Below are positions 59,970-64,000 of a stretch of 64,000 nucleotides of DNA, piece by piece. The first letter of the stretch is position 1; each line of letters opens with the position of its first letter. The notes under the pieces were generated by a model, which was not told where the DNA came from, made no database searches, and saw only the letters and a program-made list of their open reading frames with translations. This stretch comes from a bacterium (lineage in GTDB: Bacteria; SAR324; NAC60-12). The stretch is taken from assembly GCA_965209155.1 (NCBI GenBank), contig OZ242383.1, forward strand, positions 704,001 through 768,000, read 5' to 3'. A program made the position numbers and the translations under genes.

Positions 59970-61061
59970 TTATCGGGAGGAGGCATAGTTGCTGTATTGC
60001 AAAATCAAATCCACAAACTTTTCCGATCCCCCGGGTGGGAGTAACTGGTGCAGCCGATTTCCCAAAACGCCGGGTTGGTAGCTGGCAAAAAAATCTTGCC
60101 ACCATTGTAATCCTTCTTCTGAAAACCATTGTTGGCTGAGTAACGCTCCTGCACCCGCATCCGCAATAACCGTTCCATTCAATTCTTGATGGCTACCGGG
60201 AAGGGGGACGATCACAGCATCTTTGGAAAGCAAAGCCAATTCTCCCAGAGTCCCCAAACCTGCCCGGGTGACCACGAGGTTACTACGTGCCAGCAGGTGT
60301 CCCATGCCTTCATGGATCATTGAAAAAGCATGGTAATCCGGATGAGAGCATGGCAGAGGAGGATGGTTATTTCCTGTCAGGTGTACAATCTGGAATCGTG
60401 CAAGCCATAAATCCAATACCGTTTCCACTGCCGAATTCAATCCGGCAGCACCTTGTCCACCCCCGGTTACCAACAAGACGGGTTTTTCCGCATCCAGGCC
60501 AAATTGAGCATTTGCTTGCCGAGGGCATGCATTTTTGATTTCCGCGCGAACAACGGGACCGATTTTTTTCTGTGGTATCGCCGGAAAATGAGGAGCCGTT
60601 TGTTCAAACAGGTAAGCAAGAACGTCGCTCACCGGGGCCATCAGTCGATTGGCCAATCCCGGTTGGACGTCCATTTGAAAAAGGACATGTGGTATTCTCA
60701 GTAACCAGGCCGCATAAGCAACCGGAACACTGACAAAACTTCCGGCAGAAACGACGACATGCGGACGGAAGCAGATCAATTTTACCAGGCCGACGAAGAA
60801 TCCCGAAACTATAAAAATGGGATCCAGCAAGTTGCGCCAACTCCAGTAACGGCGAAGTTTACCGGAGGGAATGCGTTCAAAGGGGAGTCCTGCCCGGGCA
60901 ACCATTGCTTTCTCGGGTCCCTTGCCAGTGCCCCAAAATACTGCGGCTATTTGATTTTTCCCCAATTTGAATACCAGCTCCTCGTAAATAGCTAAAAGGG
61001 GAGTGGTCGGTCCGCCGGAACCACCTCCTGTGAAAACAATGCGTAAGATTTGTTTTTGCAT
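59970..61061 (-). CDS. murG: MurG glycosyltransferase
   Basis: TGGGSGGP, SGKLRRY, PGLANRL, VTGGGQGA, TRAG, HQELNG. Confidence 0.88.
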   Translation of the reverse strand: MQKQILRIVFTGGGSGGPTTPLLAIYEELVFKLGKNQIAAVFWGTGKGPEKAMVARAGLPFERIPSGKLRRYWSWRNLLDPIFIVSGFFVGLVKLICFRPHVVVSAGSFVSVPVAYAAWLLRIPHVLFQMDVQPGLANRLMAPVSDVLAYLFEQTAPHFPAIPQKKIGPVVRAEIKNACPRQANAQFGLDAEKPVLLVTGGGQGAAGLNSAVETVLDLWLARFQIVHLTGNNHPPLPCSHPDYHAFSMIHEGMGHLLARSNLVVTRAGLGTLGELALLSKDAVIVPLPGSHQELNGTVIADAGAGALLSQQWFSEEGLQWWQDFFASYQPGVLGNRLHQLLPPGGSEKFVDLILQYSNYASSR

Positions 61062-61234
61062 TTAATGTTTATTTTTGAAAGATTCAGCAGTGGCCTTCAG
61101 TCATGATACGGACCCGAGTACAACTTGTTGAGTTTAACTTTGATGATTACAATAAACGATTGTCATTCCCGCGAAAGCGAGATTATTATGCTTTGTCTGA
61201 AAATATTTCTTTAACTTCACATTGTGGAGAAATC

Positions 61235-63280
61235 ATGGAGATCGAAGCCTTTCGTCACCAGTATTGCTTTTTTTTCAAGGACGGTAATCTCACCGCAGGA
61301 TGGGTAGAAGGAATTCAGAAGAAAAAGCTCGCCATCATACCTCTGCAAGGGAAAATGCTTTTTCTGCCTCCCCATCGAATCAGTCTCCACTGGCAGGACG
61401 ACTCGTCCACTGATAAGCAATCAGCCCTCCTGCGATTGAAATTCTTGATGGAGCAAATCCAGCAAATCGCAAATAATCTGGATTTGGAAGTGATACACGA
61501 ATTGAGCACTCCCGGAAAGAGTTACTTGCTGGAAGAACTGATTGATGATTTCCTGGACGATCCCGGAGATCGAATGCAGGGAATTGCTTTCTTTTTCGCT
61601 TTACAAAACGATCACCGATTTTTCAAGAGAAAAAAAGACCGTTACACGGCACGCACTGCTGAAGAACTGGCAGAGTTGGACCAAAAACTGGCACAGGAAC
61701 AGAAACAACGAATCTGGGAAGAAAAAGTCCGGCAATGGATTGTAGATTTGCAATCCGAAACCAGGCATGTAGAGTCTTCGGAGGAGGACATCCGGCGATG
61801 CAATAGACATTTCAATGAAGAACAATCGCAATGGCTTCGACAATTGAGATCCATTTTGATTTATGGGAAAAATTCCGGTTACTGGAAATTACTGGCACCC
61901 ATTTTAAATTTGAGCGTGGAATTCAATGATGCGGATGAAAAGAAAATATGTACTTTATTACGACAAGCCGGATGCGCGATTTCAAAAAGTCGACTGATTC
62001 TGCTGAGAGCATCGGTGAGGGAAGAATTTCCGAAAGAAGTATTGGAAGAGGCGGAACGATTGAGCCACCGTTTCGCTTTGTCGGAAGGTGAAAAATTTGA
62101 TGAGCATGCTTTGACCTTCTCCATTGATGCGGAAACCACTAAAGACTATGACGATGCTTTTTCCATTTTGGGATGGACCGACAATCGGGTTGAATTGCTT
62201 ATCCATGTTACCGATCTGTCCGCCATGATTCAACCCAAAGACCCTTTGTTCGAAGAAGCGGAATCTCGCGTTTCTTCCGTCTACACGCTCGATCGGGTGT
62301 TTCCCATGTTTCCACCTTCACTTTCGGAGCATTGTTTTTCTCTTAAAGCGAAAAACGTACGCCGTACAATGAGTTTTCATTTCGATTTGTACGGCAATGG
62401 AGAACGGAATTTCAGGGGAATTTATTTCGACAAGATCCAAGTAGCGAAAAATCTCACTTATGAGCAAGCAGACCATGCCATTGAACGGCAGCAAGGATTT
62501 TGGAAGGCCCTTTCCGATTGTTGCCAGGCATTGCGTCGGGTGCGAATGGAACAAGGAGCACTCGATTTCGTCCGTAATGAAGTGAAGATGGACATCCGCA
62601 TTCCGGAACGAATTCAAATCATCCCAATTGATCGAAATACCCCCGCCCATCATATAGTTGAAGAAATGGCAATATTGGTCAATCGGGAAGTTGGATATTT
62701 TCATCAAAGAAACCAGTGCCCTGCTATCTATCGCGTGCAAGGTCCATATGAAAGGATAGAGACCTTGAAGGAAGGTGAATCGTTGACGCCTCGTCATTTT
62801 ATTATTGAACCTGTCCGCCTTTCCATTCATCCGGAAAGGCATTCGGGATTAGGATGTGATTTTTATATTCAAGCCACTTCGCCTATCCGGCGATTTTCTG
62901 ATTTGGTCACACAATACCAACTCGCTCAATTTCTTCAGCATCATCACATTGTTTTCCAGGAGGAACAATTGATGGGTTGGGCCGAACAAATCCAAAGCAC
63001 GCAAAAATCTTATAATCAGGCCGAACGAGCGATTGAAGATCATTGGAAATTTAAATATCTGGAGCAAAATTCAGGCGCAATCCATATTGCCAGCATCAAA
63101 CGACATCTTCGTGACGGCAGGACGGAAGTGGATTTTGATGAAATTCAATTGACGGCCTGCGTCTCCAGTCTGTCTCAACACGAAGCAGGCGATACGGTAT
63201 TCTTGAAAATAGAAAACGTAAACGTTGAACGACAATTTATCGCCGTCTCCCTTCATTCCCTACAAGCAGGCGTGGAATAG
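61235..63280 (+). CDS. RNB-domain exoribonuclease (RNase II/R family)
   Basis: SIDAETTKDYDDAFS catalytic motif, HSGLG, ATSPIRRFSDL; start re-assigned to ATG 61235 (GGAGA RBS). Confidence 0.88.
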   Translation: MEIEAFRHQYCFFFKDGNLTAGWVEGIQKKKLAIIPLQGKMLFLPPHRISLHWQDDSSTDKQSALLRLKFLMEQIQQIANNLDLEVIHELSTPGKSYLLEELIDDFLDDPGDRMQGIAFFFALQNDHRFFKRKKDRYTARTAEELAELDQKLAQEQKQRIWEEKVRQWIVDLQSETRHVESSEEDIRRCNRHFNEEQSQWLRQLRSILIYGKNSGYWKLLAPILNLSVEFNDADEKKICTLLRQAGCAISKSRLILLRASVREEFPKEVLEEAERLSHRFALSEGEKFDEHALTFSIDAETTKDYDDAFSILGWTDNRVELLIHVTDLSAMIQPKDPLFEEAESRVSSVYTLDRVFPMFPPSLSEHCFSLKAKNVRRTMSFHFDLYGNGERNFRGIYFDKIQVAKNLTYEQADHAIERQQGFWKALSDCCQALRRVRMEQGALDFVRNEVKMDIRIPERIQIIPIDRNTPAHHIVEEMAILVNREVGYFHQRNQCPAIYRVQGPYERIETLKEGESLTPRHFIIEPVRLSIHPERHSGLGCDFYIQATSPIRRFSDLVTQYQLAQFLQHHHIVFQEEQLMGWAEQIQSTQKSYNQAERAIEDHWKFKYLEQNSGAIHIASIKRHLRDGRTEVDFDEIQLTACVSSLSQHEAGDTVFLKIENVNVERQFIAVSLHSLQAGVE

Positions 63281-63423
63281 AGCACAATTTATATCGATAT
63301 CGAAATCCGGTCTATCGAGTTATAAAAAACTTGAGAAGACCAGAATGATCCTGTAAAAATGATAGTTTTACTTATGCTTATTCAGAAAGAGGAGACACTT
63401 TCTTTTGAAGCGAGGGATTGATC

Positions 63424-63558
63424 ATGAAACGTACGTTTCAACCGAATAACAGACGAAGAAAAAGAAAACATGGATTCCGAGCGCGTATGGCGACCCGGCA
63501 AGGACGTGCAATCATCAATCGTCGAAGGGCAAAAGGACGGAAACGACTAGCAGCTTAA
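63424..63558 (+). CDS. rpmH: 50S ribosomal protein L34
   Basis: Manual translation [44 protein letters not shown] (44 aa). Confidence 0.97.
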   Translation: MKRTFQPNNRRRKRKHGFRARMATRQGRAIINRRRAKGRKRLAA

Positions 63559-63941
63559 TGCGGTGTTATACCTTTCCAAAAAGGAAAAGGCTGAGCAGTA
63601 AGAAAGATATCGATCGTGTCTTTAACAAGGGATTTTTTTTAAGCGCAGGACTGATTCGCGTGAAATATGTTTCATCAGCAGTAAGGCACAATCGATTTTT
63701 AATATCAGTGAGCAGGAAAGCAGGTCATTCTCCACAACGCAATCGAATCAAGCGATTGATTCGCGAAGCAGTCCGCTTGCACAATTCAAAGCTCAAAAGC
63801 AACTACGACGTTTGTCTGTTCGTCACCAAGGCTCCTCGAATTGCGCTCACTTTTTCTTATGTAGAGGACAAGATTGTCCAAATTTTTACTGAATTGAACC
63901 AGCAATCCGAAAGAGCGTCGGACAGTTGCTCGAAAGTTTGA
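63558..63941 (+). CDS. rnpA: Ribonuclease P protein component
   Basis: FPKRKRL, ISVSRKAG..RNRIKRLIREAVR; follows rpmH. Confidence 0.93.
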   Translation: MRCYTFPKRKRLSSKKDIDRVFNKGFFLSAGLIRVKYVSSAVRHNRFLISVSRKAGHSPQRNRIKRLIREAVRLHNSKLKSNYDVCLFVTKAPRIALTFSYVEDKIVQIFTELNQQSERASDSCSKV

Positions 63942-64000
63942 AAATGCCATTGCATGAACAGCAATTGTTCCGGACACTGATCATCCATAATTGTATCAAT

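Noticed and set aside
63927..64000. yidD start after rnpA
   Set aside because: Expected by synteny, but too little sequence and no diagnostic motif.

Overview
Bacterial chromosome segment; the gene content suggests a deltaproteobacterial-like lineage, but this is an inference. The housekeeping backbone comprises rimP-nusA-infB-rbfA-truB, etfB-etfA-FadF-like Fe-S oxidoreductase, a HisJ-type phosphatase, kdsA, leuB, a rhomboid protease, trpBA, a ferredoxin-NADP reductase, efp-argF-gltA, metF, lolD-bamA, a phosphofructokinase, ftsW, murG, an RNB ribonuclease and rpmH-rnpA. Two accessory zones interrupt it. (1) A ~16.7 kb minus-strand type I restriction-modification defence island (20714-37373) carries hsdM, fic, a HEPN toxin, a single 1875-aa MNT-antitoxin/HsdS/large-unknown-protein fusion, an NDT/TIR-like protein, a Sir2-like protein, two decayed genes and hsdR. 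All three Hsd subunits carry in-frame insertions of GC-rich palindromes, one with a DUF559-like remnant. (2) A repeat-dense zone (49.1-59.9 kb) holds three copies of a composite RAYT-like non-autonomous element with 39-bp REP arrays of different length bracketing cargo genes, IS5/IS21-like remnants, a phage-like gene pair, and a 1.45 kb higher-order repeat (118-bp block + n x 35-bp hairpins) with a promoter-like motif in five blocks. The ORF track also misses a probable selenoprotein (thioredoxin fold, UxxC, SECIS-like hairpin) at 15056-15490, and four-helix-bundle gene remnants flanked by GGCACAAA arrays. No CRISPR array, rRNA or tRNA was recognised.
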